The position numbers and the translations under genes are program-made. Positions 20,250 through 30,617 of a stretch of DNA of 64,000 nt are shown one piece after another (the first letter of the stretch is position 1; each line of letters begins with the position of its first letter). The notes below the pieces were generated by a model. The model saw nothing but the letters and a program-made list of their open reading frames with translations. It was not told where the DNA came from and did not search any database. The stretch is from Acaryochloridaceae cyanobacterium VAR_48_metabat_390 (lineage in GTDB: Bacteria > Cyanobacteriota > Cyanobacteriia > Thermosynechococcales > Thermosynechococcaceae). The stretch spans positions 32,001 to 96,000 of the forward strand of contig JANPLU010000112.1 in the NCBI GenBank assembly GCA_031422435.1. The letters are read 5' to 3'.

Positions 20250-21539
20250 ATGGATTCGGTTCAAGATTGCGCTCCCATAGACATTTTGATTCTCTCCAAT
20301 GGACCAGGAGAGGTGATGACCTGGGTGCGTCCTGTGGTTCAGGCGCTGCGATCGCACTACTTCCCTAACCTTGCTGAAGCCAGAATTTCGGTCATTTTAT
20401 CCCCTGATCCCCACGCCAGCGGTCAAGAAGCCGAGGTAGTGAAAGGTTTCCCTGAAGTTGATCGGGTGCAGGGTGCGGGTGCATTCTGGCCTTTTTTACT
20501 GTGGGGTACAACCGAGCAACATTGGGCATGGCGCAAAAAAGGCGTGGTGCTTTTTTTAGGGGGCGATCAATTTTCTGCCGTCGCTATTGGCAAACGACTG
20601 GGCTACAAAATTGTGACCTATGTAGAGTGGACTGCCCGCTGGCTGCGCTGGATTGACGGGTGTGGCGTAACCCAAGCGAGTGCAGTGCTGCAAGCTCCGA
20701 CAAAATTTCAGCACAAAGTTCACGTTGTAGGCGACCTCATTGCTGAAGCGCAAGTGCTTCAGCCTTTGACGGAACCCATAGAACAAACGCTAAATTTGTC
20801 CCCAGGCACAGAACTGGTGGGGCTGTTGCCAGGGTCCAAGTCTATAAAGCTGTCGCTGCTGCTGCCCATGGGAATGGCGATCGCCAATTATCTCCACCAC
20901 ATCCGTCCGCAGGTTCAAATGATGATTCCTGTTGCGCCCACGCTAACGCTGATAGAACTTTGCCACTACGCAGATCCTGGCTTCAATGCTCTATTTGAGA
21001 TTGTTCAGGGCGCTCAGGCTACCCTAGTAGAACCCAAAGACGGCTTACCTTACCTGCTTACAGCACAAGGCGCTCGTGTTCTCCTGTGGCAGCGTGTACC
21101 CGCCTATGACCTCATGGCGCAGTGTCAGCTCTGCATTACAACCGTAGGGGCAAATACCGCAGAGCTTGCGTCTTTGGCTGTACCGATGCTGGTGCTGCTG
21201 CCCACTCAACAACTGGATGCAATGCGCGCCTGGGATGGCATCCCAGGCTTACTCGCAAATCTGCCGCTGATCGGGTCAGGGTTTGCCAAGCTCATTAATG
21301 CGCGGGTGCTGCGCCAAGGTTTGGGACTCAAGGCGTGGCCCAATATTTGGGCAGGTCGAGAGATTGTGCCGGAGTGGGTGGGGCATATTTTGCCAGAGCC
21401 TGTGGGCGATCGCGTGGCAGCCCTTCTAGAGAATTCTGCACAGCTCAAACAAATGCAAAATGACCTCAAACAAGTTCGAGGCCAAGCTGGCGCAGCACAA
21501 CGATTAAGCGCACTGGTCAAAAAAGTGTTGGAAGCGTAA
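20250..21539 (+). CDS. LpxB-related glycosyltransferase (lipid-A-disaccharide synthase-like)
   Basis: ILSNGPGE, LLPGSK and GANTAELA motifs. Confidence 0.75.
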   Translation: MDSVQDCAPIDILILSNGPGEVMTWVRPVVQALRSHYFPNLAEARISVILSPDPHASGQEAEVVKGFPEVDRVQGAGAFWPFLLWGTTEQHWAWRKKGVVLFLGGDQFSAVAIGKRLGYKIVTYVEWTARWLRWIDGCGVTQASAVLQAPTKFQHKVHVVGDLIAEAQVLQPLTEPIEQTLNLSPGTELVGLLPGSKSIKLSLLLPMGMAIANYLHHIRPQVQMMIPVAPTLTLIELCHYADPGFNALFEIVQGAQATLVEPKDGLPYLLTAQGARVLLWQRVPAYDLMAQCQLCITTVGANTAELASLAVPMLVLLPTQQLDAMRAWDGIPGLLANLPLIGSGFAKLINARVLRQGLGLKAWPNIWAGREIVPEWVGHILPEPVGDRVAALLENSAQLKQMQNDLKQVRGQAGAAQRLSALVKKVLEA

Positions 21540-21552
21540 AAGCCGGCAGGAA

Positions 21553-22164
21553 TTACTGCGGCTGACTTGAGACGTATCCGGGCTGACGCTGAGCCGTAAA
21601 CATTGCCTGTAATACTAGGGCGGGGTCTACCAATTTATCCTGATACCTTAAAGTCCAGTGGAGGTGAGGTCCCGTGGTTCTTCCGGTCATGCCCACGCGA
21701 CCAATCCGCTGCCCTGACTGAATCGACTGACCTTCATAAATTTTTAGACCACTCTCGCTGTCGGCCATAAAGCGACCCTGAGCGTCACGCCCGACAGAAC
21801 CCATCATGTGACAGTAAACATGTATCCAGGAGCCAGACTGAATCCGAACGGAAGTACCACAGGCTGTATTGTCTGAAACTTCCACTACGCGACCATTCCA
21901 CCATCCGCGAATGTAGCTACCCACGGGTGCCGCAAAGTCTAGTCCACTATGGAATTCTCTGGTATAGCCGCCTGTTGGCGAAGTTCGATAGCCAAAGGGG
22001 GACGTGTAGCCCTGAAAGTTTTCAACGACGAAAGAACCACTCCGCCAAATTTCTGCCCCCTGCCGCGAGGGGGTGCTATCTTCAAAGGCTTTAGTGGCTT
22101 GAGAAGAGAGGCTTAACGCCAACACACTTAAACCTAGTAAAGATACCCAACGGTTTCGCTTCAT
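21553..22164 (-). CDS. M23 family metallopeptidase
   Basis: Signal peptide; HSGLD, YCH and TGPHLH motifs. Confidence 0.92.
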   Translation of the reverse strand: MKRNRWVSLLGLSVLALSLSSQATKAFEDSTPSRQGAEIWRSGSFVVENFQGYTSPFGYRTSPTGGYTREFHSGLDFAAPVGSYIRGWWNGRVVEVSDNTACGTSVRIQSGSWIHVYCHMMGSVGRDAQGRFMADSESGLKIYEGQSIQSGQRIGRVGMTGRTTGPHLHWTLRYQDKLVDPALVLQAMFTAQRQPGYVSSQPQ

Positions 22165-22516
22165 CGTAAAAACTCCCTAACACCCGGAATTGTCGTTTAG
22201 CGATTCATTCCTCTGGATAGCTCCAGAGGAAACGATAATAAAAAGCATGAGTTCCCTTATACCTATCTATTCGGCGGATGTCAATAGGCTAAATCGCCTT
22301 AAATCCTGTTGCTTTACGCATTCCGAAGGTTTTGCAATTAAGGCTTCAAGGTTTGACTTAACGCTTCGGTCTGCTCATGTTTTATCTGTATATAGATTAG
22401 ATTTCCCCCAAAGTCTCTTAATCTGACAGATCTTCAAAACCTTTGACGTGAATCTGAGTTTCAACCTTAAAGGTGATATCACTAAGATAGAAGTAAGGTT
22501 TTGCAGCTAATGCCCG

Positions 22517-22894
22517 ATGAACTATCCGCGTCACACCATTCAGCGAGCCAGACGGGCGATCGTCTGTAGTCCGTTTTGCAAGGCTCTCTTTGCCCAGATG
22601 ACCTTTGAAAGCGTGGCGCTTATGGATGTGGCGGGTGCCTCTGGAATTGCCCATCACTATACGCAGAAGGCATTACCGGAGAGGGTTGTAGAGCGATCGC
22701 TACTCTGGCTGATTCAGGTGGGGCTACTGCGGCGTGAGGTAGATGGACAGGGCTTAACAGACAGCTTTCGCCTCACGCCCTTAGGTCGGCTGTTGATGGA
22801 GCAGTGGCAGCAGCAGGGCGACGGCTTTCGGCGGGTGTCTTGGGGCGATCGCCTCCAAAACTTTTTGCAGCGACTGCTGAGCGGTACGGTCTAG
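22517..22894 (+). CDS. Conserved cyanobacterial protein (Npun_F0494-like)
   Basis: WLIQVGLLRREVDGQGLTDSFRLTPLG; abuts cobQ. Confidence 0.8.
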   Translation: MNYPRHTIQRARRAIVCSPFCKALFAQMTFESVALMDVAGASGIAHHYTQKALPERVVERSLLWLIQVGLLRREVDGQGLTDSFRLTPLGRLLMEQWQQQGDGFRRVSWGDRLQNFLQRLLSGTV

Positions 22895-24397
22895 GTGACG
22901 AAATCTATCATGGTGGTAGGCACCACTTCCCATGCGGGGAAGTCGATGCTGACGGCGGTGATTTGCCGACTGCTAATGCGCCGCGGGGTTCGCGTCTCGC
23001 CGTTTAAGGGGCAAAACATGGCGCTGAATGCCTACGTGACCCACGAAGGCTTGGAGATGGGTCATGCCCAGGCGGTGCAGGCTTGGGCGGCGGGGGTAAA
23101 ACCCCAAATTGCGATGAACCCAATTTTGCTGAAGCCCCAGGGCAATATGACCTCTCAAGTCATTATTAAAGGGCAGTCTGTGGGGCAGGTGCAGGCCGCA
23201 GACTACTATCGGCTGTATTTTGACCAAGGCTGGCAGGCGATTGTGGAGTCTTTAGAAACCCTACAACAGTCCTTTGACTGGATTGTGTGTGAGGGCGCTG
23301 GCAGCCCCGCAGAAATTAACCTGAAGCACCGTGACTTAACCAACATGCGAGTTGCAAAGCATCTCAACGCGGCGACGCTGTTGGTTGCCGATATTGATCG
23401 AGGCGGGGTGTTTGCTCACATTGTGGGCACGTTGGAACTGCTCGACCCCGATGAGCGGGCGTTGATTAAGGGGTTTGTCATTAATAAGTTTAGAGGACAG
23501 CGATCGCTCCTAGAATCTGGCTTAACCTGGCTAGAAGAGCGAACGGGCATTCCGGTGGTGGGGGTGATTCCGTGGGTCGATGAGGTGTTTCCATCAGAGG
23601 ATTCGCTGAGTTTGCTAGAGCGGCCTGTGTGGGGGGAGGTGAGGGACATTACCATTGCGGTCATTCGACTGCCTCGTGTGGCAAATTTTACGGATTTTGA
23701 CCCTCTAGAGGCGGAACCAACGGTGCAGGTGCGCTACGTGATGCCAGGTCAATCTCTAGGCAACCCTGACGCGGTGATTGTGCCTGGTTCTAAAACCACG
23801 ATCGCAGATATGCAGGTGCTGCACGAGTGTGGCTTGGCAGCTCAAATTCAGGTGTTTGCGAAGGCTGGCGGCATGGTGCTAGGAATTTGTGGCGGGTTTC
23901 AGATGCTGGGAGAGGCGATCGCCGATCTTCAGGGCATTGAGGGGATTGCAACCACGGTACCAGGGTTGAGTCTTCTGCCGATTAAGACAGAAATGGCGCC
24001 TGCAAAGGTAACGCGGCAAAGAACAACGCAGGCGATCGCTTTACCAGCGCACTGGTGTCAGTTTGGGGCGGCTACGGAAGAGATTTACGGCTACGAAATT
24101 CATCAGGGGCAAACGCAGATTTTGGATAATACCAAGGTTGCGCCGCTATTTACAGACCCGATGTTAGGACTAGCGAATCTAGAAACAAGCGTTATGGGTA
24201 CATACCTCCACGATTTGTTTGGCAATGGTTCTTGGCGACGTTTGTGGCTCAATCAGCTCAGGCAGCGGAAAGGTCTATCGCCCCTCAACACTCAGATCGC
24301 GAACTACTCAGTCCAGCGCGATCAGGTCTTGGATAACATTACGGATGCGGTTGCCCCTCATTTAGACTTATCTCGGTTCTTTGAGTTGAGGCAATAA
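22895..24397 (+). CDS. cobQ: Cobyric acid synthase
   Basis: GTTSHAGKS, FKGQNMALN, EGAGSPAEINL and GICGGFQMLG motifs. Confidence 0.96.
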   Translation: MTKSIMVVGTTSHAGKSMLTAVICRLLMRRGVRVSPFKGQNMALNAYVTHEGLEMGHAQAVQAWAAGVKPQIAMNPILLKPQGNMTSQVIIKGQSVGQVQAADYYRLYFDQGWQAIVESLETLQQSFDWIVCEGAGSPAEINLKHRDLTNMRVAKHLNAATLLVADIDRGGVFAHIVGTLELLDPDERALIKGFVINKFRGQRSLLESGLTWLEERTGIPVVGVIPWVDEVFPSEDSLSLLERPVWGEVRDITIAVIRLPRVANFTDFDPLEAEPTVQVRYVMPGQSLGNPDAVIVPGSKTTIADMQVLHECGLAAQIQVFAKAGGMVLGICGGFQMLGEAIADLQGIEGIATTVPGLSLLPIKTEMAPAKVTRQRTTQAIALPAHWCQFGAATEEIYGYEIHQGQTQILDNTKVAPLFTDPMLGLANLETSVMGTYLHDLFGNGSWRRLWLNQLRQRKGLSPLNTQIANYSVQRDQVLDNITDAVAPHLDLSRFFELRQ

Positions 24398-24443
24398 CGT
24401 TCGGCAAAACCAATGCTGGCTTAGTCCTTGGAGGGCATTTTAC

Positions 24444-25121
24444 CTAGCATTGATAGTGACCCCAGAGAATGAAATGGTGATCGCCGACAGGTTTCATCTC
24501 CAAATATTCAAGGTGAGCTTGCTCAACCTGCACCTGAATTTCTTCAAGGCTATAGGCTGCCAAAAGCGAATTATAAAAATCGCGGCGCAAAATTTCTGGT
24601 TCGTTGGCAGTGTATTGATTAACGAGCTGGGCGGCAGTTTCAGCGCAATGGGGGCGCGTCAAATCCATCACAAAAATTGCGGTGTTGGGCTTGGCCCACC
24701 GATGGACAGATTGCCACAACACCCTTGGGTCTGCGAGGTGGTGCAGCAAACTGTTCGAGAAGATGAGATCGTAAGGTGCGCGGGGTGCATCTCCGTCTGG
24801 CAAGTAGGTTTGATGAAGGGTAATTTGTGCGGTTAAGCCCGCCTGCCCAACCGCTTCATAACCGTAGTGCAGCATAGCGGCGGAACCGTCTAGACCATCG
24901 ATTGTCCAGTCTGGTAACGCACGGGCGAGGCGAAGCGTCACATCGCCCGTGCCACAGCCGAGATCTAAAGCTACGCCCGTCTGGGGCAAGTCGGGAAGGA
25001 AGTGTTGCAGCAGCTCAATGCAGTGAGCGTGGGGTGCGGCAAAGTCTGCTTCGGCATAGGCACGCGCTTGCTCGACCTCATTCATTAGTTCTGGTTCTGG
25101 GATGCGCTCCATAAAAGTCAT
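24444..25121 (-). CDS. Class I SAM-dependent methyltransferase
   Basis: LDLGCGTG and SNSLLHH motifs. Confidence 0.88.
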   Translation of the reverse strand: MTFMERIPEPELMNEVEQARAYAEADFAAPHAHCIELLQHFLPDLPQTGVALDLGCGTGDVTLRLARALPDWTIDGLDGSAAMLHYGYEAVGQAGLTAQITLHQTYLPDGDAPRAPYDLIFSNSLLHHLADPRVLWQSVHRWAKPNTAIFVMDLTRPHCAETAAQLVNQYTANEPEILRRDFYNSLLAAYSLEEIQVQVEQAHLEYLEMKPVGDHHFILWGHYQC

Positions 25122-25271
25122 GTTATCCAAACGTCTGCTTCCGCATTCTAGCGATGCGGCTGGTTTTAGGAATATCAACCTATTCGGTCAAAAAGAAGAC
25201 CTAGGGCTGTGGGCAACTCATCGCCTATTTATTCGCTGGCGATCGCGGGTTTCATAGCCCTTAATCTGCCT

Positions 25272-26111
25272 CTATTTTACAAACTTAGTGCGAGCCTGCT
25301 GTGTTTGCGTGAGCGCTTGCTCCACTTGTTCCCAATGGTTTTGCTCAATCAGCGTTGTGAACTGATCCAGTGCTTGACGATACTGATAGAGCGATCGCAG
25401 CAGTTCTTCGCGGTTATATTGCGCCATCATCCGACCCAGCTCTGGGTTGCCGCCCCCCACGCGACTGGTATCGCAAAAGCCAGAACTGGCAAGGGCTTGA
25501 GCTAAAGCTAACGTGGTAGGGTCTGACTCCTGTTGACAGGCAGCAATAAGACTCGCGCTCACCATCACAGGTAAGTGCGAAATCTGGGCAACAGCGCGAT
25601 CGTGCTGAGCCGGAGAACATTCGCAATAAAGGCTCTGGAGCGTTTGGATGAGTTCTGTCAGCGTTGCGATCGCCGCCGCATCTGTTTGCGCGGTGGGGGT
25701 CAACACATAGGGACGCTCAATAAACAGCCCTGACTGAGCAGAGGCAATTCCTGCTGTTTCCTTACCTGCCATCGGATGCCCCCCCACAAATCGAGGCCAT
25801 AACGGCTCTAGCGTCTCTACCACCGATGCTTTCACAGAGCCAACATCCGTCAGAATAGCTGTGGGCAACAGGTAAGGAATAGCCGCCTGAGTGGTCTGCT
25901 GCATTACCCCCAGTGGCGTACACAAAAACACCACTTCAGTGCGGCTGAGAAGCGAGAAATCTGCTCCGGCCTGGTCTACAGTACCCAGGGCGATCGCCGT
26001 TTCACAGGTTGTTTTCTGACGACTCACCCCAATCACAGAATGGCCTGCTGCTCGAAAATCAAGCCCTAAAGAGCCTCCAATTAATCCAAGGCCAATAATG
26101 CCAATGTCCAT
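25272..26111 (-). CDS. tyrA: Prephenate/arogenate dehydrogenase
   Basis: GLGLIGGS, DVGSVK, GGHPMAG and HDRAVAQISHLP motifs. Confidence 0.95.
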   Translation of the reverse strand: MDIGIIGLGLIGGSLGLDFRAAGHSVIGVSRQKTTCETAIALGTVDQAGADFSLLSRTEVVFLCTPLGVMQQTTQAAIPYLLPTAILTDVGSVKASVVETLEPLWPRFVGGHPMAGKETAGIASAQSGLFIERPYVLTPTAQTDAAAIATLTELIQTLQSLYCECSPAQHDRAVAQISHLPVMVSASLIAACQQESDPTTLALAQALASSGFCDTSRVGGGNPELGRMMAQYNREELLRSLYQYRQALDQFTTLIEQNHWEQVEQALTQTQQARTKFVK

Positions 26112-26362
26112 AGCGCCAATATCTATAAAATCTATTTTGCGTAAACCCTGAGGGTCTGTTATTTCATGAAGTTAACTCGGGTTGCAGCAGATTTAACCTG
26201 AGGCCTCTCGAGGCGTCTCAGGAAAGTCTCCCCTATGAACGCTATCTCATCCATCCTAACGTCGCGTTCTCAAATCTACTCAAGACAGAAAAATAGATTT
26301 ATCGGTGCTCACGCTGAGTTTTAGACTACAGTGCTGGGTGTGCCCTGCAAGCCCTATTACCC

Positions 26363-27184
26363 ATGCCAGAAGGTCCCGAAATTAAGCGAGCTGCCGATAA
26401 AATTGCAGCGGTGCTCATCCAGCATCCTGTGAAAGAAGTGTGGTTTGCCTTTGATCATCTCAAGCATTATGAAGAAGCATTCATAGCTCAAGACATTATT
26501 GCGATTGAGCCGAGAGGCAAAGCTCTTTTAACTCGCTTTGGCAATGGTCTTAGTATCTACAGCCACAACCAGCTTTACGGTAAATGGGTGATGAGAAGTG
26601 CCTATAGCTATCCCCAAACCAATCGGCAGCTTCGGTTAGCCATTCACAACTCCCGTAAATCAGCCCTGCTCTACAGCGCTTCAGATATTGAGGTTTTAGA
26701 TGAAGCAGCGATCGCCATCCACCCTTTTCTCACGCGCTTAGGTCCAGACGTATTGAGTGACGCAATTGCCATCGAAACCATTCAGTCTCTCCTCATCAAC
26801 CCTACCTTTCGTCGGCGTCGATTTACCACCCTGCTGCTCGATCAGCATTTTTTGGCGGGGCTAGGAAACTACCTTCGCAGCGAGATCCCGTTTGTGGCAA
26901 GAGTACATCCATCACGGCGACCTATAGACTGTTCAGAGGCGCAGTTGTTTGCACTGGCAGAAGCGGCGATCGCCATTCCGCTGCGGTCTTACCAAACGGG
27001 CGGCATTACCAATGACCCTGAAATAGCAGCAACTTTAAAAGCAAGGGGACTACGGCGATCGCAGTATCGCCACTGGGTGTTTAGCCGCGCCAACCAGCCT
27101 TGTTTTGTGTGCGGAACCCTGATTGTGAAAGACGTTGCAGGGGCACGACGATACTACTATTGCCCAACATGCCAGCCCCTCTGA
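26363..27184 (+). CDS. nei: Endonuclease VIII (Fpg/Nei family)
   Basis: MPEGPE N-terminus, SHNQLYG, GLGNYLRSE and C-terminal C4 zinc finger. Confidence 0.92.
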   Translation: MPEGPEIKRAADKIAAVLIQHPVKEVWFAFDHLKHYEEAFIAQDIIAIEPRGKALLTRFGNGLSIYSHNQLYGKWVMRSAYSYPQTNRQLRLAIHNSRKSALLYSASDIEVLDEAAIAIHPFLTRLGPDVLSDAIAIETIQSLLINPTFRRRRFTTLLLDQHFLAGLGNYLRSEIPFVARVHPSRRPIDCSEAQLFALAEAAIAIPLRSYQTGGITNDPEIAATLKARGLRRSQYRHWVFSRANQPCFVCGTLIVKDVAGARRYYYCPTCQPL

Positions 27185-27193
27185 TTAGCCCTT

Positions 27194-27736
27194 CTAACCC
27201 ACAGGTGCAGACTGCGCAAGGCTATACCGAGATTGCTCAGTCCAGTGCGCGACATCTGACCACCCCTCAGAACCAGGCATCACCACTTTAACTGTATCAA
27301 AGGTAACGGTCTGTACAGACACGACAAAGCGCAGCATTGCCAGTCGCTTTTGCTCAATGGGGATATCTTTATACATTAGGCTGAGGTGAGGTTCTAGAAG
27401 ATATTCCTTTGGCGCAGAGAGGCGATCGCAAATTGCGCAAGAAAGTTGAGACAGGCGCTCAACAGAGGCAAACGTAATAAAGCCAGTCTTAAAAAAATTG
27501 GCTGTATAGTTTAGCCCCATTACCTCTAGTGTAATGGGTGAAGCTGGAGCCACAGATTCAGCAATAATCTCGCCCAGGTTCTCTGATGGCTGAATCTCAC
27601 CGCTATAGAGCGTAACGTGGGGTTCAAAAACGGGAGTACGATACTCTGCGGCGTAGTCTTGAATGACCTTCGACAGCCAGCGGCGATCGCTAGGTGCGGG
27701 AATTAACCAAACCGCAAAAGGTGCAGTATCAGCCAT
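27194..27736 (-). CDS. 2H phosphoesterase (cyclic phosphodiesterase-like)
   Basis: PHVTL and PHLSL motifs. Confidence 0.85.
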   Translation of the reverse strand: MADTAPFAVWLIPAPSDRRWLSKVIQDYAAEYRTPVFEPHVTLYSGEIQPSENLGEIIAESVAPASPITLEVMGLNYTANFFKTGFITFASVERLSQLSCAICDRLSAPKEYLLEPHLSLMYKDIPIEQKRLAMLRFVVSVQTVTFDTVKVVMPGSEGWSDVAHWTEQSRYSLAQSAPVG

Positions 27737-27866
27737 CGCTATTTTTCCCTGGTTTCATAACTGTTTCCTTGCCCTCCACTGTAGAAGGGTTTGCAGCAAT
27801 AAAGCTTGTGTCCTCGCTGATACAAGCTTTACGTTTTATTAAAGCGGCAGCAGCGGCGGCGGGTCT

Positions 27867-29270
27867 CTAAATCAACTGCCGTACATCCGTCACTTGCCCC
27901 GCAATGGCTGCCGCTGCCACCATGGCTGGACTCATCAGCAGTGTGCGACCCGAGGCAGAACCCTGCCGCCCTTTAAAGTTACGATTCGACGACGATGCGC
28001 TCATTTGACGACCTTCTAATTTATCTGGGTTCATTGCCAAACACATTGAACAGCCTGGTTCGCGCCACTCAAACCCTGCCTCTACAAATACCCGATCTAA
28101 ACCCTCTGCCTCTGCCTGCTGCTTAACCTGTTCTGACCCAGGCACCACAAACGCCTTAATACCTGCTGCCACTTGATGTCCCTGGGCAATCTTTGCCGCC
28201 TCCCGCAGGTCGCTAATGCGTCCATTCGTACAGCTACCAATAAAGCAAACGTCAATCTTAGTCCCCAAAATCGGAATCCCTGGCGCTAAGTCCATGTACT
28301 GATAGGCGTCTTGAGCAATGGGTCGCTCGGCTTCGGGCAGCATTTCTGGGACAGGGATGCTTTCATCTACGCCAATCCCCTGGCTGGGCGTAATGCCCCA
28401 GGTAATCGTGGGCGCAATCTCAGCGGCGTTAAATACCACCACATCGTCATAAACTGCATCGGCTTCGCTTTTAAGGCTTGTCCACCAAGTTACGGCTTTC
28501 TCCCAGTCAGATCCTTTGGGCGCAAACTCGCGGTCTTTGAGATAGTCAAACGTGACCTGATCGGGGTTAACGTAGCCACATCGCGCACCCCCTTCGATCG
28601 CCATATTGCAGACGGTCATGCGCTCTTCCATGTTCATCTGCTCAAAGGTGGTGCCCCCAAACTCATAGGCATGACCGACACCACCCTGAACCCCCAGTTT
28701 CCGAATGATATGCAAAATCACGTCTTTGGCATAAACGCCCTGTTGTAGCGTTCCATTCACTTCTACGCGGCGAACCTTCAGCTTTGCTAAAGCGAGGGTC
28801 TGAGAGGCCAAGACATCCCGTACTTGGCTGGTGCCAATACCAAAGGCGATCGCCCCAAAGGCTCCATGAGTGGAGGTATGACTATCGCCACAGGCAATGG
28901 TCATTCCAGGTTGGGTCAGCCCTAACTCAGGGGCTATGACGTGGACAATCCCTTGATTGCCAGACCCCACGTTATAGAAGCGAATCTTGTGCTGTTGGCA
29001 GTTTTGTTCTAACGCCCGCATCATGGCTTCTGCAAGCGGGTCTGCAAAGGGACGAGCCTGGTTTTCGGTCGGTACAATGTGATCAACGGTAGCGACGGTA
29101 CGCTCTGGATAAAGCACCTTAAGATTACGATCCTTTAGCATTGCAAAGGCTTGAGGGGTCGTTACCTCGTGAATCAGATGCAGGCCAATAAACAGTTGAG
29201 TTTGACCAGACGGCAAGGTTCGCACTGTGTGCAGGTTCCAAACTTTATCGAACAACGTGCCTTGGCTCAT
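27867..29270 (-). CDS. leuC: 3-isopropylmalate dehydratase large subunit
   Basis: [21 protein letters not shown] and GCSMCLAMN motifs. Confidence 0.97.
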   Translation of the reverse strand: MSQGTLFDKVWNLHTVRTLPSGQTQLFIGLHLIHEVTTPQAFAMLKDRNLKVLYPERTVATVDHIVPTENQARPFADPLAEAMMRALEQNCQQHKIRFYNVGSGNQGIVHVIAPELGLTQPGMTIACGDSHTSTHGAFGAIAFGIGTSQVRDVLASQTLALAKLKVRRVEVNGTLQQGVYAKDVILHIIRKLGVQGGVGHAYEFGGTTFEQMNMEERMTVCNMAIEGGARCGYVNPDQVTFDYLKDREFAPKGSDWEKAVTWWTSLKSEADAVYDDVVVFNAAEIAPTITWGITPSQGIGVDESIPVPEMLPEAERPIAQDAYQYMDLAPGIPILGTKIDVCFIGSCTNGRISDLREAAKIAQGHQVAAGIKAFVVPGSEQVKQQAEAEGLDRVFVEAGFEWREPGCSMCLAMNPDKLEGRQMSASSSNRNFKGRQGSASGRTLLMSPAMVAAAAIAGQVTDVRQLI

Positions 29271-29461
29271 AGTTTTGGTCAAACTCTATACCGCTTAGAA
29301 CCTAGATTTTAGCTCAAAGCTGTCGGTGCTTGACTCAATTTTGACGTAGGGTTCTCTCGCTAATTTCCCTGTTTATCTTGACGGGCTAATGCTTTGAGGC
29401 TGTGGTTTCCAGCTTTGCCTATTTGCAACTTCACTAAGGCTATGGTAGTTTTAATATCTAC

Positions 29462-29535
29462 GGACGCATAGCTCAGTTGGTTAGAGCACCACGTTGACAT
29501 CGTGGGGGTCTCCCGTTCGAGTCGGGATGTGTCCA
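29462..29535 (+). tRNA. tRNA-Val(GAC)
   Basis: Cloverleaf, CCACG/CGTGG anticodon stem with loop TTGACAT, GTTCGAGTC T-loop. Confidence 0.96.
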
Positions 29536-29676
29536 TTGGTTGGGGAACCATATACGGTAAGGCTTTTGGGAGTTCTAAACAACTTCTGAAGGTCTGCTTT
29601 GCTGTCAATAAGGCAATGAGACTAGGCCGTTAAGGGTTGTTTGGGGCGTTAAACTTATCCCGAAATTTACCCCGCT

Positions 29677-29725
29677 ATGTCAGCAGTCACAATTGAAACC
29701 CACGACGGACGGTATCGGCTCGTTT
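29677..29725 (+). pseudogene. Possible N-terminal stub of a tyrosine integrase
   Basis: MSAVTIETHDGRYRL resembles the starts of cyanobacterial arm-binding integrases; lies just after the tRNA; similarity ends after about 15 codons. Confidence 0.4.
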
Positions 29726-29966
29726 TGCAGACGATTGCTCCTACCATCCGCGCTTTTCTAGCTTTTCGACACCTTCGCCGGATGCTGCCAGCTCTGGCGC
29801 CAAGCTCCCCCACAGGCCAACGACCGCGATCGCCATTTTTTCCCTCTCTATCAGCTACTGGATAATTCGCTCTATCAGAGAACCGTCCTAAACCCTATCA
29901 ATCAGGTTTCATCTTGGTCGGGGTTTATCTGGCTAAAGAACGCTAGTGGCGATCGCGTTCGGTGGC

Positions 29967-30179
29967 CTAAGCCTTTTTGCTCGGAGAGGCTTGCGGTGTC
30001 TTGACCAGATCTAAGGCGTACATTGCTAAGGGTGCCCCTAACATCATTGCCAGCCCAAACGCGACCCATCGCCACAGCGCTTTTTTGGAGCGGCCTTTTG
30101 TTGGAAACTCGCAGCTCAAGCAAATGTCTGCATGTTCACTATTCAATGTCCCACATTCTTTGCAAGGCACTAAAGCCAT
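29967..30179 (-). CDS. Small zinc-ribbon membrane protein
   Basis: CKEC...CLSC followed by one TM helix. Confidence 0.7.
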   Translation of the reverse strand: MALVPCKECGTLNSEHADICLSCEFPTKGRSKKALWRWVAFGLAMMLGAPLAMYALDLVKTPQASPSKKA

Positions 30180-30192
30180 AAGTTAAACCTAA

Positions 30193-30453
30193 TTAACTAA
30201 CCAAAACTGCTGCTATTCCTTCAGTCTCATGTACTGCGTCCCAGTTAATCAATGCGACCCACAGATGCTCTTCGTCAGAATACTGCACGACACCATCCGC
30301 TTCTAAGTCTTCACTATAAAGCGTCAATGGCTGACCATCCCATAGTTCGATATGCAAACGACTCAGATCTTGAATTGTCCCTACACAATTTAAGCGTAGC
30401 CGACCCTTTACGTCAGCATTGTGAAAGTCAGCATAGATTTTTGGATAACGCAT
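30193..30453 (-). CDS. Hypothetical protein
   Basis: 86 aa ORF with a GGAGG RBS. Confidence 0.7.
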   Translation of the reverse strand: MRYPKIYADFHNADVKGRLRLNCVGTIQDLSRLHIELWDGQPLTLYSEDLEADGVVQYSDEEHLWVALINWDAVHETEGIAAVLVS

Positions 30454-30617
30454 TAAAAACCTCCGATTCCAAACGATTCTTACCGTCTCTTGCGATCAAA
30501 GCTTCATCTGGAATTCTGTCTACGGTTAACTATACGATGGCTGTTCACCGGAGGGCGATGCACCTTGGCTCAAAACTAATCGCGTTAGCTTTTTTGCGTC
30601 CACTCGCTTAGTTGGAT

